A stretch of 64,000 bases of DNA from Mobula hypostoma (lineage: Eukaryota): assembly GCF_963921235.1 (NCBI RefSeq), contig NC_086097.1:117926001-117990000 (forward strand), read 5' to 3'. Position numbers and translations under genes: made by a program. Below are positions 1 through 12,950 of this stretch, piece after piece. Within the stretch, counting starts at the first letter, position 1, and each line of letters begins with the position of its first letter. Under the pieces are notes generated by a model, which did not search any database, was not told the origin of the DNA, and was given only the letters and a program-made list of their open reading frames with translations.

Positions 1-1084
1 CTATGTCTCTATAACTGAAATGCAGCTGACACCACCACAGCAGTGAGTGATCGCCTGTATCAATAATCCAAGCACCATTAACAGGGAGATCGTTGGAAGT
101 TTCAATATGAGTCACCTGTGATGCTTCTTAAACAGGCGTGATACAATTTGACAGGCAACTTCAAAAGAAGGATGGGGCAGGTGGAGTGGTGTTGCCTGTT
201 CTACATCCTATGCATGTCAGCTAGCCCAGCGCAGCACTGGCAAGATTGTTAAATGTTGTGTTTAGCTGTACTTGTGTGGAGGAAAGGAGGAAATCATGTA
301 CAGTACAAAAATGTTCATAGATACAACAGAATTCTTAGCCTTTTTTCTCCCTTTTTACACACCTCATCTTCAGGGTAGAGGCAAGTTTTCAAAGGCAATT
401 ATCCGGAAATGTGGAAGCATTAAAAGGAAATGTCTTTGACTGATTCCCCGATCACATACTTAACCTAATCTTTGCACTGTCCAAGAGACCCATTATGACA
501 TGATGTGAAAATTTCTTCCTTTAGGTTTTTTCATTGAATAATCGCCAGCTAAGCTGCAAGGCGCGTAATTCGATCCCAGATATGTGATTTGTTGGTTGTG
601 ACAGAAATTCTTTGATTGTTTTTCTCCTCGTATTTTTTTTTCCCCTGAAGCAAAACTATTTCAGTATTTTGATTTAAACTGTTTATCTGGATATACTAAA
701 GGGAACCAACTGTATGAATAATAAGTTATATTTGAACTTTAATCCACTTTAGTTTTCTTTTCTTGAGGAGGTTTTCCTTCTGAATTCCATGGTGTTTAAT
801 GTAACCTTTTTAACAGCATATTTATTTCCTATTTATTGTTGGTGAGATCTTGCTCTGTTGGCATTGACTGTCATGCTTTTCAGTAGCAAAGCATCAGAGC
901 ATGTTGAATGTGAGATACTGGGGGTATGAAGAATCACCATGTAAATAAAATTGCTTTCTGAGTACCTGCTTAATTAGCTACACCGATTTGAATGTGCTTG
1001 TGACCATTTCTATTTCGGTTATAGTTTTTGCCCATGAGATTGAAACCTGTCAGCTCGTTTTGCCTCTTGTTATAACCACATGAA

Positions 1085-1782
1085 GGTGAAGGAATGAAGG
1101 TGCTCAACGAAGTGATGCCTGAATTTACGACAGATCTCACCAATTAAAAGAGGCTGCATTAGGAGCACTGGACACAATAAATGACCAGAGCAGATTCACA
1201 TGTGAAGTGTTGCCTCTCTTGGAAGGACTTTTGGTGCAATGAATGGAGATAATGGAGGAGGTGAATTGGCAGGTGTACCACCTTAGCCACTTGCAGCGAT
1301 AGGTGCCGGGAGGAAGATTAGTGTGGAGGGATCAATAGACAAGGGAATTACGGAGGGAGTAATCACTGCAGAGAGCAGGGACAGGGTGGAGGTGGAGGGA
1401 AGGTAAAGATATGTTTGGTGGTAGAAACTGTTTGGAGATGGCAAACTTTGCAGAGAATGGTGTGTTGGATGTGGAGGCTCACGGGGTGGTAGGTAAGGAC
1501 AAGAGGAACTCTTTCACTGTTTATCTGGCGGGAAGATAGAGTGAGTGTGGGCATTCAGGATTGGAGGAGATACGGCTGAGAGCAGCATCAATGATGGAAG
1601 AAGGGAAGCCACATTTTTTCAAGGGGGACATCTCTGATGTCCTGGAAAGGAAAGCCTCATCCTGGGAGCAAATGCAATGGAGACAAAGGAACTGAGAAAA
1701 GGGAATAGCATTTTTACAGTAGACAGTGTGGAAAGAAGTATAGGCAAGATAAACATAGGAATCAGTAGGTTTATAAAAGATG
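1085..1782 (-). mobile_element. Degenerate Penelope-like element fragment (RT C-terminus and linker)
   Basis: Minus-strand ORFs contain YKPTDSYVYLAYTSFH..CKNAIPFSQFLCLHCICSQDEAF and RVPLVLTYHP, homologous to the PLE ORF at 38105-39466; frameshifted. Confidence 0.85.
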
Positions 1783-1829
1783 AGATACAGTGGGCCCTTC
1801 TGGCCCTTCAAACCAGTCTACCCATCAAT

Positions 1830-2030
1830 CCCCCAATTTAAACTTAGAATAACCAGGGGACAATTTACAATGACCAATAAACCTACCAAACCGTACATGC
1901 TTAGAATGTGCGAGGAGACCGTTGCATCTGGAGGAAATTGACGAGGTCACGATAAGGATGTACAAACAGTGGCGGGAATTGGACCCGGGTCGCTAGTACT
2001 GTAAATCATTGTGCTAATCACTACGCTACA
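1830..2030 (-). mobile_element. tRNA-derived SINE relic
   Basis: Reverse complement has A-box-like GTAGCGTAGTGATTAGC and B-box-like GGGTCCAATTCC; similar copies near 13760-13915, 49560-49675 and 57692-57955. Confidence 0.6.
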
Positions 2031-2189
2031 ATGACTGAATATCAAATTTCATCTCCGTAACACAGTGTCACGCTCCTATCAATGTCACCAATTGCTGGAA
2101 CTGTACGATCAGTTCACATCCCAATGAACTTCTGAAGTGGTGTGGCATTGTGCTGCAATGGTCACTATTGTATTCCATTTCACTTACCA

Positions 2190-2775
2190 CTAACTCAAAG
2201 TATATTTATTATCAAAGTACATATGCATCACCATATATTACCCTGAGATTCACTTTCTTGAAGTCATTTGCAGTAGAACAAATAAGTACAACAGAATCAA
2301 TGAAAAGCTACACACAGACTGACAAACAATAAATATGCAGAAGAAGACAATCTGTGCAAATATAAACAAAAACATAAAAAAAAGTTAAGAAATAATAATG
2401 GGAACACGAGTTGTTGAGTCCTTGAAAGTGAGTCCAAAGGTTGTAGAATCAGTTAAGTGTTGAGATGACTGAAGTTATCCACACTGGTTCAGTTGTTGAA
2501 GAGTAATAGCTGTTCCTTAAACTGGTGGTGAGGGACCAAAGGATCCACTATGTCCTTCCCAATGGCAGCAGTCAGCAGAGAGCATGCCCCGGATGCTGGG
2601 GGGTCTTGATGATTGATGCACTTTCTTCTGGCAACATTCTTTGCAGATGAGCTCAGTGGTGGGTAAGTATTTTCCTGTGATGGTCTGGGCTGTTTCCACA
2701 ATTTTTTTTGTAGGATTTTCCATTCATGGGCATTGGTGTTTCCATACCAGGGTGTGATGCAACCAGCTTTCAGCT
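2190..2775 (-). mobile_element. Rex/Babar-like LINE 3' fragment
   Basis: Minus-strand GCITPWYGN..KILQK..AQTITG..LPT and PxHxLFSLLPxG-like segments, matching the copy at 45445-46110. Confidence 0.65.
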
Positions 2776-3787
2776 GAATAATATGATATTTCCCAGGATG
2801 ATGACAGTAGGAACAACTGCTGAATGGAGAAGATTTGATTAGCACTGTCCTTTTCCATGACTTATGTTCTACACTAGTGAAATTTAAGAGACTGCTAGAC
2901 AGGTATATGGAGGAATTTAAGGTGGGGGGGTTATATGGGAGGCAGGGTTTAAGGGTGGGCATAACATTGTGGGCCGAAAGGCCTGTACTATGCTGTACTA
3001 TTCTATGTTCTATGTTCTTATCTCACCATCATTCTCTACAACCTTTTATATTTCCCTGTTAGCTCTGTGTTCCTAAGTACTTTGCTGCAGATCCGTTTGA
3101 AGTTCAACAGAGCATTCGTAATGTGCAAGGTCTTGGTCAGAGTTAGGAGTCCATTTGGGTTTAGAGACAGACAGGGATGTGCAAGAGTTAGATGTAAGAC
3201 TGGAATCCAGTTCTCTAATCCATGCTCAGCACTCAAAGGCCAGCGACATGGGCTGATGATGAAGGATGAAGTTGAGGTTTCCACTCTATGTTCAAAGGTC
3301 AGCAACATAGACACAGAATGAAGGACACCTGGAGTCGAGGCCTCTTCACCAGGCTTGAATTCGAGCGATGTGGGTGGGTGAGAAAGGACATGCGTGATTG
3401 TCAGGCTGTCCCATGTCAGTGGGTCCCAGGATCAGATGTTCATGCAAACAGGAGGCAAAAGTGCTGGTGAGTTGACAAGCCCAGAGTCTGAGCCTGGTGT
3501 TCAGGGTCTCATCAGCAGCTAGAAAATCACAGCTTATGTGGTCCTATCTGCTTCTAATGGCCTTGCACATGTTCCTTAGCTATGGATTCATTGAATCAGG
3601 AAAAGATTAATAATTGATTTTTTTCCATCTTAAGTGAAAAGATGTATTGACACTCCGGAAAATGTCCATAGAATTATTTTAAAAACATTAAATTTTAAGT
3701 GACTGATCCATATCAAATTTTCAAAGTTTTATTTTCTGTTCAATGATCCAATCACAGCCAAGATTCCTTGCACTTACTAGTCATTTA

Positions 3788-4205
3788 GATCATGAGACAG
3801 AGGAGCATAATTAAGCCATTCAGCCCATTGAGTCTGCTCTGCTATTCCACCATGGCTGATCCATCATCCTTCTCAAACCAATTTCCCTCTCTTCTGCCCT
3901 TAAATTTTGACCCTTACCAATTAAGAACCAACCAACCCCTGCTTTTAATATGCCCAATGATATGGCCTGCACCACTATCCATGGCAATGAATTTCAGATT
4001 CACCAACCTCTGGTGAAAGAAACTCTTCTTCAACTTTGTTCTGAAGGGACGTCCTTCTATTCTGAGGCTGTGTTCCCTGGTCTTAGGCTCTCCCACTATT
4101 GGAAACATCTACTCCATGTCCACTCCATCTAAGCCTTTCAGTATTCGATAGGTTTCGGTGAAATCCCCCTTATTCTTCCAAACTCCAGTGAGTACAGGCC
4201 CAGAG
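3788..4205 (-). mobile_element. CR1 LINE 3' fragment
   Basis: ORF MFPIVGEPKTREHSLRIEGRPFRT..FFHQRLVNL is the CR1 ORF2 C-terminus. Confidence 0.85.
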
Positions 4206-5542
4206 TTATTTAAGAAAAAGATATCCTTAAGTCCCTGTGATGGACAGCACTCGGTAAATGCTCTCCTTACACACGCACAAAGAAACATTGCCTTGAAATT
4301 CTGCCACCCTTATACTGAGTGTGTTCACTTCATTGTCTTCCCCAGTATATTCTCATAATGAGTCCTAAACTGAGTTGATGCACTCAGGTTAGGCACTAGT
4401 ACACCAGTGCGTGCTAGCTTGGTGAAATATTTCATTTCTTTAGTAATGTGTATGTGTTATTTGTACACTGTATTTAAGGTAGATCCTTCTGTTTATTTTG
4501 TAATATGAGTGTAACTACATTGTGGGGTGTGTCATATTCTAATCAATTAAGTTAATTTTGTGAGTAACTAAAGCTGGCATATGCTGGTGCCTAACGAATG
4601 GGGCTCATTTCTTCAGTGGGAGAGAGAGACCAGGAGTTCATATGGGACAAAATAGTATGAAGCCATTATTGTGTTTTCTGGTAGATACCTTCTAGTTAAT
4701 ATTCTTGTAAGTTTGATTTTTGACACACCTAATAAACAAACGTGTGCTAAAGTGCTAAGCAACTCCAGGTATTTTTTTCCTTCAGACAAAACACATGTAC
4801 TTAACAGTCCCTTTCATTTTCACAGCACAACAGGAACTGTAGAACACAAAATACAGAGTAAACTACCAAGGCACCAATTCTTAGGTCTTTAGTTAGACTC
4901 AGAAATAATAGAAGGTGGACTGTGAGGCTGTGTAACAAGGTTTCACATGATTGTCAGTGCCAATCATTTAGTGAGTCAGCTTTTTCCTCAATTGTCCCTG
5001 GTAACCACTGCATTTTCTGTTAATCCTTCAACATTGGTTGGTTGTAATTATTATGTTTTTTGTAAGAGATTTATGTTGAAAGCCATTTATGAACTTCAAT
5101 TCCCAGTGGATCAGATGATGCAGTTCTAGCTGCCTTTCATCTAAACCTTTATAAATGGCTTCTGCAGGGAATACATGATGTCATGGATTATTGACATGAC
5201 CATAACTACTCTTTTACTGACAAACATAATGCTTTTATAGCCAGAATCTCAGTCTTGAGAAATATTTCCAATAATATATACCTTTATTTGATTATTCTTG
5301 GGTGATAGCTGAAGGATTTTGCTTTGCTTGGAGAAAGATGTAATTCTTTCAACGAGCTGATTTTTATACAGTGAGTTGATCATGGAGCACCAGCAATTTT
5401 CCTTAAAATATCTGACAATTAAATTGCCTGAGGTGACTTTAGCTCAAGTTGTCTGTGCCTGCTGATGTTCTTTTCCCCTTTCATGTGTGTATTAATTAAT
5501 AAAATACAGGAATGATCACTTTCGTGTAATTCTTTCTTTGAA

Positions 5543-6000
5543 TACACTCAGTAGCCATTTTATTAGGTAGACCTGTACATCTGCTTGTTAACGTAAATAT
5601 TTGATAAGGCAACCACATGACAGCAATTCAAAGTAAAAAAGCATGCTCACATGGTCAAGAGGTTCTGTTGTTGTTCAGATCAAACATCAGAACAGGGAAG
5701 AAATATGATCTAAATGACTGATCATGGAATGATTGTTGGTGCCAGATGAGATGGTTAGATTATCTCAGAAGTTGCTGGTCTTCTGGGATTTTCACACATA
5801 AGTCTCTAGAATTCACAGAAAATGGTGTGAACTACAAAAAAAAAATCAGTGAACAGCAGTCCTGTGGGCAAAAATGCATTGTTCATGAGAGAGGTCAGAA
5901 GAGAATGGCCAGACTGGTTCAAGCTGACAGAAGGGGATAGTAACTCAAATAATGACATTTTACAATGGTGGTGTGCATCTGTTACACGGTGGTGCAAAAG
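5543..6000 (+). mobile_element. Tc1/mariner-derived non-autonomous element fragment
   Basis: Starts with TIR-like TACACTCAGTAGCCATTTTATTAGGTA; encodes a degenerate Tc1 transposase N-terminus (GMIVGAR..; ERGQKRMARLVQADR). Confidence 0.8.
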
Positions 6001-6204
6001 AGAATGCTGAAGACACCAAGCTGCAATATTGGCATATTTGATCCAAACCTGCTATTTTCTTTGTGGGCTTTGCAGCTTCTTCCTGTGACCGTGTGTGAAT
6101 GGGCGGGAGAGATTAGATGACCGGGAGGCAAGTGGGGAAATGTGATTGGTGGGATTACTCTGAGAGGGGGCAATGATTGAATGGGACAAATGACCTCCTT
6201 CATT

Positions 6205-6715
6205 GTCAGAATCAGCTTTAATATCACTGACATATGTTGTGACATTTGTTGTTATATGGCAGCACTACATTACAAAAACTATATATTTCAATGACAAGTA
6301 TATATAAAATAATTAATTAAAATAAATAGTGCAAAAAGAGAGAAATCAATTCTGAAGTAGTGATATGGGTTCATTCAGAAATCTGATAGCAGAGGAGAAG
6401 AAGCTGTTCCTCAAATGTTGAGTGTCTGTCTTCAGGCTCTTGTACCTGCTGTCTGGTGGTAGCAATGAGGGAAGGGCATGTCCTGGTAATTGTACCTGCT
6501 GTCTGGTGGTAGCAATGAGGGAAGGGCATGTCCTGGTAATGGGGTCCTTAATGATGGATGCCACTTTTTGAGTCATCGCCTTATGAAGGTGTTTTGGCTG
6601 TTTGGGAGGCTAGTGCCCACAATGGAGCTGACTGACTTTACAACTTTCTACAGCTTCTCCATACCAGAAGTTGATGCAGCCAGAGAGAATATCCTCCATG
6701 GTACATCAGTAGAGG
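6205..6715 (-). mobile_element. Rex/Babar-like LINE 3' fragment containing a perfect 50-bp tandem duplication (6441-6540)
   Basis: ASIIKDP..PGHALPSLLPPDSRYKSLKT..RNSFF..AIRFLN on the minus strand. Confidence 0.7.
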
Positions 6716-6911
6716 GTCATAAGGCAATATAAAAAAAATGTGGGTTGAAATCCTTCAATGACATTGTAAGAATTCGATAAGGATAGACAACTGATAAAAT
6801 TAACCAGATTGTTCTTAAAGACATCTGCATAGAAATGATGGTATCTACTCCTGCTGATATTATTTGATAAATCTTTTCACTCTACTTAACAACAATCCAA
6901 ACTCAAAATAC

Positions 6912-7519
6912 AAACCATAAACACATGAGATTCTGCAGATGCTGGAAATCTCGATTCGTGGTGGAGGGTCTCTGCCTGAAATGCTGACTCTTTATTCATT
7001 CCATACCTGCTGCCAGACATGCTGAGTTCCTCCAACATTTTGTGTGTGTTGCTCAAAATTCGAACTATTTGCAGGGCAAATCCTGAGATTACGGGACATG
7101 ATATCTGCTGGTGTCAGAACGAAAGTGTCACCCCACCCCCCACCCCACAGTTCGGATACGGCCCAAGTGTGGTGTGTGAGGCACAGAAGCAGGTCGATAG
7201 TTCACAGACTTTAATGAGAATAATGTTAAAGGGAAAAGAAAACATTAAACCCTAGGCCAAACAGAGCCATTAATTAAAACTCTCAAATAGTAAATGAAGC
7301 CTACACTGCAGCTGAAAAGAACAATTAAGAATAAAACGTATACTGCTAGTTTTGCCCTGCAAATAATTCAAATTTTGAGCAACACACACAAAATGCTGGA
7401 AGAACTCAGTATGTCTGGCAGCAGCTATGGAAGGAATAAACAGTCAATATTTCAGCCAGAGACCCTCCACCACGAATGGAGATTTCCAGCATCTGTGGAA
7501 TCTCTTGTGTTTATGGTTT
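6912..7519. repeat. Inverted repeat, ~169-bp arms (6912-7080 and 7351-7519), derived from the PLE terminus
   Basis: AAACCATAAACAC..GATTCTGCAGATGCTGGAAATCTC..ATTCGTGGTGGAGGGTCTCT..TTTGCAGGGCAAA recurs as its reverse complement with scattered mismatches. Confidence 0.9.
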
Positions 7520-7723
7520 ATCAGTTGACTCGACAGTCCAATTTCTCAGGCAAGTGGAATGCAGGCAGTAAAGCATTTGCTGTGTCCAAGTCTCGGCAAG
7601 CACTTATGACAACAAGTATGGAGTTAAATACTATCACAATTAAATAATAATTAGCTGACACATGCATAGTCACAAGTGCAATTGCCGTATTTATTTTGTG
7701 CTGCTGAATCCGTGGTTGTGACA
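7126..7723 (-). mobile_element. Solo LTR (TGTCAC...GTGACA), interrupted at 7351-7519
   Basis: Inverted termini; flanks GAAAG/CAAAG resemble a 5-bp TSD; homologous in opposite orientation to 9090-9550. Confidence 0.65.
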
Positions 7724-8424
7724 CAAAGTCTTGGACGGAGTCTGTTCCTTTATTGTATGGTGGTGTTCTGTCATTAGTACTCTAGCAACTCAACAGTGTT
7801 CTGTTCTTTAGTAAAACCTATTCCAACACAGAATGATCTAAAGACACGGAATAGTTCCCTGAAGGCATAGCAGAGGCAACAAAAACTGAAGATTGGAAAC
7901 AACCACATGCACTCAGCTATCAGACTCTGTAATCAATGCTCTTTTACCCTTGCCATATGCATTTTAGTATTTCTCCACAACCAAGTTCAGCACCATAATG
8001 TTAGTCCACATCCACTGCATTCACTTCCGGTTTTGACTTTTTTAAAATCAGCTCAATTTTTTTGCTATCTGATCAAATGTTCTATCTTCTCTGAGTATTT
8101 TCAATTTTAGAGGAACTGCTTTTTAACCCAATATGAAAAATAGACTTTCATTTATTGATAACTAATTTTGAAATCAATGTTCGAGGCAATCAAAAGATTG
8201 ACCAATATTGTTGTATCATTAACTGCCTGGATATCGAGGAGATTTGAGGAAATGCAATGCTATGGAAAAAGTGCGCATGAGTGGAAATAAAAGATTAACT
8301 CTATTAAAAATCAGCACAGGCACAGCATCATGTAAAGCTTCCTTTTTGATCTATGATTGCATGAAATAGCTTTTTGTCTGTAATTGATAGAAACGACAAG
8401 AAATATTTTGTGGTTTGGAATAAA

Positions 8425-8955
8425 CACCAGTGACCACTTCATTAGGTACATCTGTACACCTGTTCGCTAATAAAAATATCTAATCAGCCAATCATTTTGC
8501 AGCAACACATTGCATAAAAGCATGCAGTCGTGGTCAACAGGCTCAGTTGTTGTTCAAGCCAAACATCAGAATGGGGAAGAAATGTGATCTAAGTGCCTTT
8601 GACCATGGAATGATTGTTGGTGTCAGACAGGGTGGTTTGATTATCTCAGAAACTGATGTTCCGCTGGGATTTTCACACACAACAGTCTCTAGACTTCACA
8701 GAGAATTTGCGAAAAAGAAAAAAAAACATCCAATAAGTGGCAGTTCTGTGGGCAAAGGGGCCTTGTTAATGAGAGAGGTCAGAAGAGAGTGGTTCAAACT
8801 GACAGGAAGGCGAAACTCACTCAAATAATCACGTGATACTACACTGAGGTGCAGAAGAGCATCTCTGAACACAACACCTCAGACCATGAAGTGGATGAGC
8901 TACAACAGCAGAAGACCATGAATGTAGACTCATTGGCCACCTTACTAGGTACATG
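8425..8955 (+). mobile_element. Tc1/mariner-derived non-autonomous element
   Basis: MGKKCDLSAFDHGMIVGVRQGGLIISET..LGFSHTTVSRLHRE is the Tc1 transposase N-terminal HTH; TIR-like CAGTGACCACTTCATTAGGTAC; a further TIR-like hairpin at ~9553-9601. Confidence 0.85.
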
Positions 8956-9089
8956 AGCTGAATATCAAATTCCAGTTTTGTAACACAATATCACACTCCA
9001 TTCAATGTTTCCGAATGCTGGAACTGTTAGTGTTAGTACAAATCCCAGTGAAAGGTCCTAGATGAATTTCTGAAATGGTGTGGTTTATT

Positions 9090-9550
9090 TGTCACAGCCA
9101 CGGATCCTGATGCAGGCTCTAAGTGCCCCTGATTGCGAGCTGTGCAACAGGTTTGCCAATTGTGCTCATGAGAAGCACGTTACAGCAAATCACTGTTTCA
9201 TTATGGCGGTATTTAACTCCCTTCTTTTCATTCTAGTCTTGTCAAGACGTGACCAAAAACATAGCAATGTTTACGTTCCCTGCTTACCCTTGTCCTAGTC
9301 TGGAAAAGGGTACTACCACTTCGACAGACGCTGTAAAGGAGCAGTATTCCTTTAGTATTTAGGCATTGCTTTCAGCCACAGTGTTTGAATTTAACTTTCG
9401 GTTTGAGAGTTTTAATTAACAGCACTGTTGGTTAGTGTTTACTGTTTTCCTTTTTCTTTAAATACTGCAACAATTCTCACTAAAAATCAGTGAACTGTCA
9501 ACCTGCTTCAGTGTGTCTCTCTCTCTGTACTTGGGCCATATTCAAAAGTT
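9090..9550 (+). mobile_element. LTR relic of the same family as 7126-7723
   Basis: Begins TGTCACAGCCACGGATCC, matching the reverse complement of 7706-7723; ACTTGGGCC segment near the end is shared. Confidence 0.6.
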
Positions 9551-10767
9551 TTGGCTTTATTAGAGACAGGAGGTACTTAATAAGGTAGACACTTGAGTGC
9601 ATACTGAGTTTTTCTTTATTGTGGAGAGTCTTGGATTATGGTTGCTCAATAGTCCATGATGTACTTAAAATTCCTATACTGTCACTGGAGTATAATTTTT
9701 TTTCACTTGTCTGTGAATCTGGCATGAGGATCACAGGGGTTATTAATTCCCAAATGATGGCATGTAATTGTGATTATTCAGTTCCTTAATCTGTTCTTGG
9801 GCAGCCAAGCATTTCAACAGATACAGGAAGAAAATCATTTCGTCATTCCAATTCATCTTTAATCTTTGCTTTCTTTTGTGTCATTTTTTGACAGTTTTGT
9901 ATTCAGCATATTATCTATTTCTCTGGAGGCATTCTTGATCTACCACCTGTAATGTTCCTGTCAGGCAGTAGCAAATAAGCTAAAGAATTTCTGCCACATT
10001 GTCACAAATTATGCCAGTGGAATGGAAGCTGTTCTCAGGATATTTTAGGGTGATGCAGCAAAATGTGTTGGGTTTTAATACCCAATAATTGTTGGATATT
10101 CAAAGAAAGCTTTAAGGATAACAAAATCAATCCCAATTGCTTCTAGAATTACTACTTCTAGTTATGGAAGTAGCAGCCAAGTTCAGAAATCCACTTTGTC
10201 ACATAACAATGACACATTTTCCGGTGTCTGAATTTCTGTTCTAGCACAACTAAATGCCTTAGAATGCTGCATTGGTGATTCTGACTCCCCAGTGATGATG
10301 CTGGTGGTATTTTCAGAGTTTCCTATACATCCTCCAATCTATCAGCCAAACAGTTTCTTGGATTTCTAGATATACGAAGCACCGGTCTGATAACTACTCT
10401 CAGAATGGCGGCATAAGATTTCACTATTTCTGTCAGCCCTCCAAGATAGGAGAAAGCTGAATCCATGTCCTTTAGAACCAGAGTAATACACATAAACCTC
10501 TGCTGGAACTCAGCAGGTCAGGCAGCATCAGTGCAGAGGAATAAAGAGTTGACGTTTCAGGCCGAGATCTTTCATAAAGACTGAAGTGTCCTGAACCAGA
10601 GCAGTTTGTGGTGATTCTGCAAGGTCATCTATGGCCTTTTTCATGGAATGTCACGAGATTGCCAACAGCCATTCAGTCACTCCACTAGATCACCTGGTAG
10701 GGGTAAGACATGAGACAGAGGCTCACTGAAAGCAGGTACAAATACATGGCACATAGATGGATGGTGA

Positions 10768-11997
10768 TTACCAGGAAAGTGGATGAAGGGAAGGCAGTGG
10801 ATATTGTCTACATGGACTTCAGTAAGCCCTTTGACAAGGTCCCGCATGGGAGGTTGGTTAGGAAAATTCAGTCGCTAGGTATACATGGAGAGGTGGTAAA
10901 TTGGATTAGACATTGGCTCAATGGAAGAAGCCAAAGAGTGGTAGTAGAGAATTGCTTCTCCGAGTGGAGGCCTGTGACTAGTGGTGTGCCACAGGGATCA
11001 GTGCTGGGTCCATTGTTATTTGTCATCTATATCAATGATCTGGATGATAATGTGGTAAACTGGATCAGCAAATTTGCTGATGATACAAAGATTGGAGGTG
11101 TAGTAGACAGTGAGGAAGGTTTTCAGAGCCTGCAGAGGGACTTGGACCAGCTGGAAAAATGGGCTGAAAAATGGCAGATGGAGTTTAATACAGACAAGTG
11201 TGAGGTATTGCACGTTGGAAGGACAAACTAAGGTAGAACATACAGGGTTAATGGTAAGGCACTGAGGAGTGCAGTAGAACAGAGGGATCTGGGAATACAG
11301 ATACAAAATTCCCTAAAAGTGGCGTCACAGGTAGATAGGGTCGTAAAGAGAGCTTTTGGTACATTGGCCTTTATTAATCAAAGTATTGAGTATAAGAGCT
11401 GGAATGTTATGATGAGGTTGTATAAGGCATTGGTGAGGCCGAATCTGGAGTATTATGTTCAGTTTTGGTCACCAAATTACAGGAAGGATATAATTAAGGT
11501 TGAAAGAGTGTGGAGAAGGTTTACAAGGATGTTGCCGGGACTTGAGAAACTCAGTTACAGAGAAAGGTTGAGTACGTTAGGACTTTATTCCCTGGAGTGT
11601 GGAAGAATGAGGGGAGATTTGATAGAGGTATATAAAATTATGATGGGTATAGATAGAGTGAATGCAAGCAAGCTTTTTCCACTGAGGCAAGGGGAGAAAA
11701 TAACCAGAAGACATGGGTTAAGGGTGAGGGGGGAAAGTTTAAAGGGAACATTAGAGAGGGCTTCTTCACACAGAGAGTGGTGGGAGTATGGAATGAGCTG
11801 CTAGACGAGGTGGTAAATGCGGGTTCTTTTTTAACATTTAAAATTAAATCGGACAGATACATGGATGGGAGGTGTATGGAGGGATATGGTTCGTGTGCAC
11901 GTCAGTGGGACTAGGCAGAAAATGGTTCAGCACAGCCATGAAGGGCCAAAAGGCCTGTTTCTGTGCTGTAGTTTCTATGCTTTCTATGATTTCTATA
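10768..11997 (+). mobile_element. 5'-truncated CR1 LINE (RT plus C-terminus, premature stop)
   Basis: VDIVYMDFSKPFDKVPH, SGVPQGSVLGPLLF, KFADDTK, LVRPNLEY motifs; (TTTCTATG)n tail at ~11972-11997. Confidence 0.95.
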
Positions 11998-12166
11998 TGG
12001 AAATTCAGAAATTTAATTTAAACTGTTTTATTTTCTGGTTATTATTAGCTTTGCATCTTAGGCTAATCCCACCTCCTTGCAGGTCACATCCAGCAACTCT
12101 TTAAATGTGAAGAGCCTCTCCAACCCTCTCAAACTATGAATCCTAAACCGCTACCATCCCCTATGT

Positions 12167-12950
12167 TAGAAACGTAGAAACATAGAAACATAGAAAATAG
12201 GTGCAGGAGTAGGCCATTCGGCCCTTTGAGCCTGTACCGCCATTCAGTATGATCATGGCTGATCATCCAACTCAGAACCCTCTACCAGCCTTCCCTCCAT
12301 ACCCCCTGATCCCTTTAGCCACAAGGGCCATATCTAACTCCCTCTTAAATATAGCCAATGAACTGGCCTCAATTGTTTCCTGTGGCAGAGAATTCCACAG
12401 ATTCACCACTCTCTGTGTGAAGAAGTTTTTCCTAATCTCAGTCCCAAAAGGTTTCCCCTTTATCCTCAAACTGTGACCCCTCGTTCTGGACTTCCCCAAC
12501 ATCGGGAACAATCTTCCTGCATCTAGCCTGTCCAATCCCTTTAGGATTTTATACGTTTCAATCAGATCTCCCCTCAATCTTCTAAATTCCATCGAGTATA
12601 AGCCTAGTTCATCCCGTCTTTCATCATATGGAAGTCCTGCCATCCCAGGAATCAATCTGGTGAACCTTCTTTGTACTCCCTCGATGGCAAGGATGTCTTT
12701 CCTCAGATTAGGGGACCAAAACTGCACACAATACTCCAGGTGTGGTCTCGCCAAGGCCTTGTACAACTGCAGTAGTACCTCCCTGCTCCTGTACTCGAAC
12801 CCTCTTGCTATAAATGCCAGCATACCATTCGCCTTTTTCACCGCCTGCTGTACCTGCATGCCCACTTTCAATGACTGGTGTATAATGACACCCAGGTCTC
12901 GTTGCACCTCCCCTTTTCCTAATCGGCCACCATTCAGATAATAATCTGTT
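12167..12950 (-). mobile_element. 5'-truncated CR1 LINE
   Basis: 211-aa ORF 12272-12907 near-identical to the C-terminus of the 22671-24344 ORF; (CATAGAAA)n tail; TGTTAG at both junctions. Confidence 0.95.
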
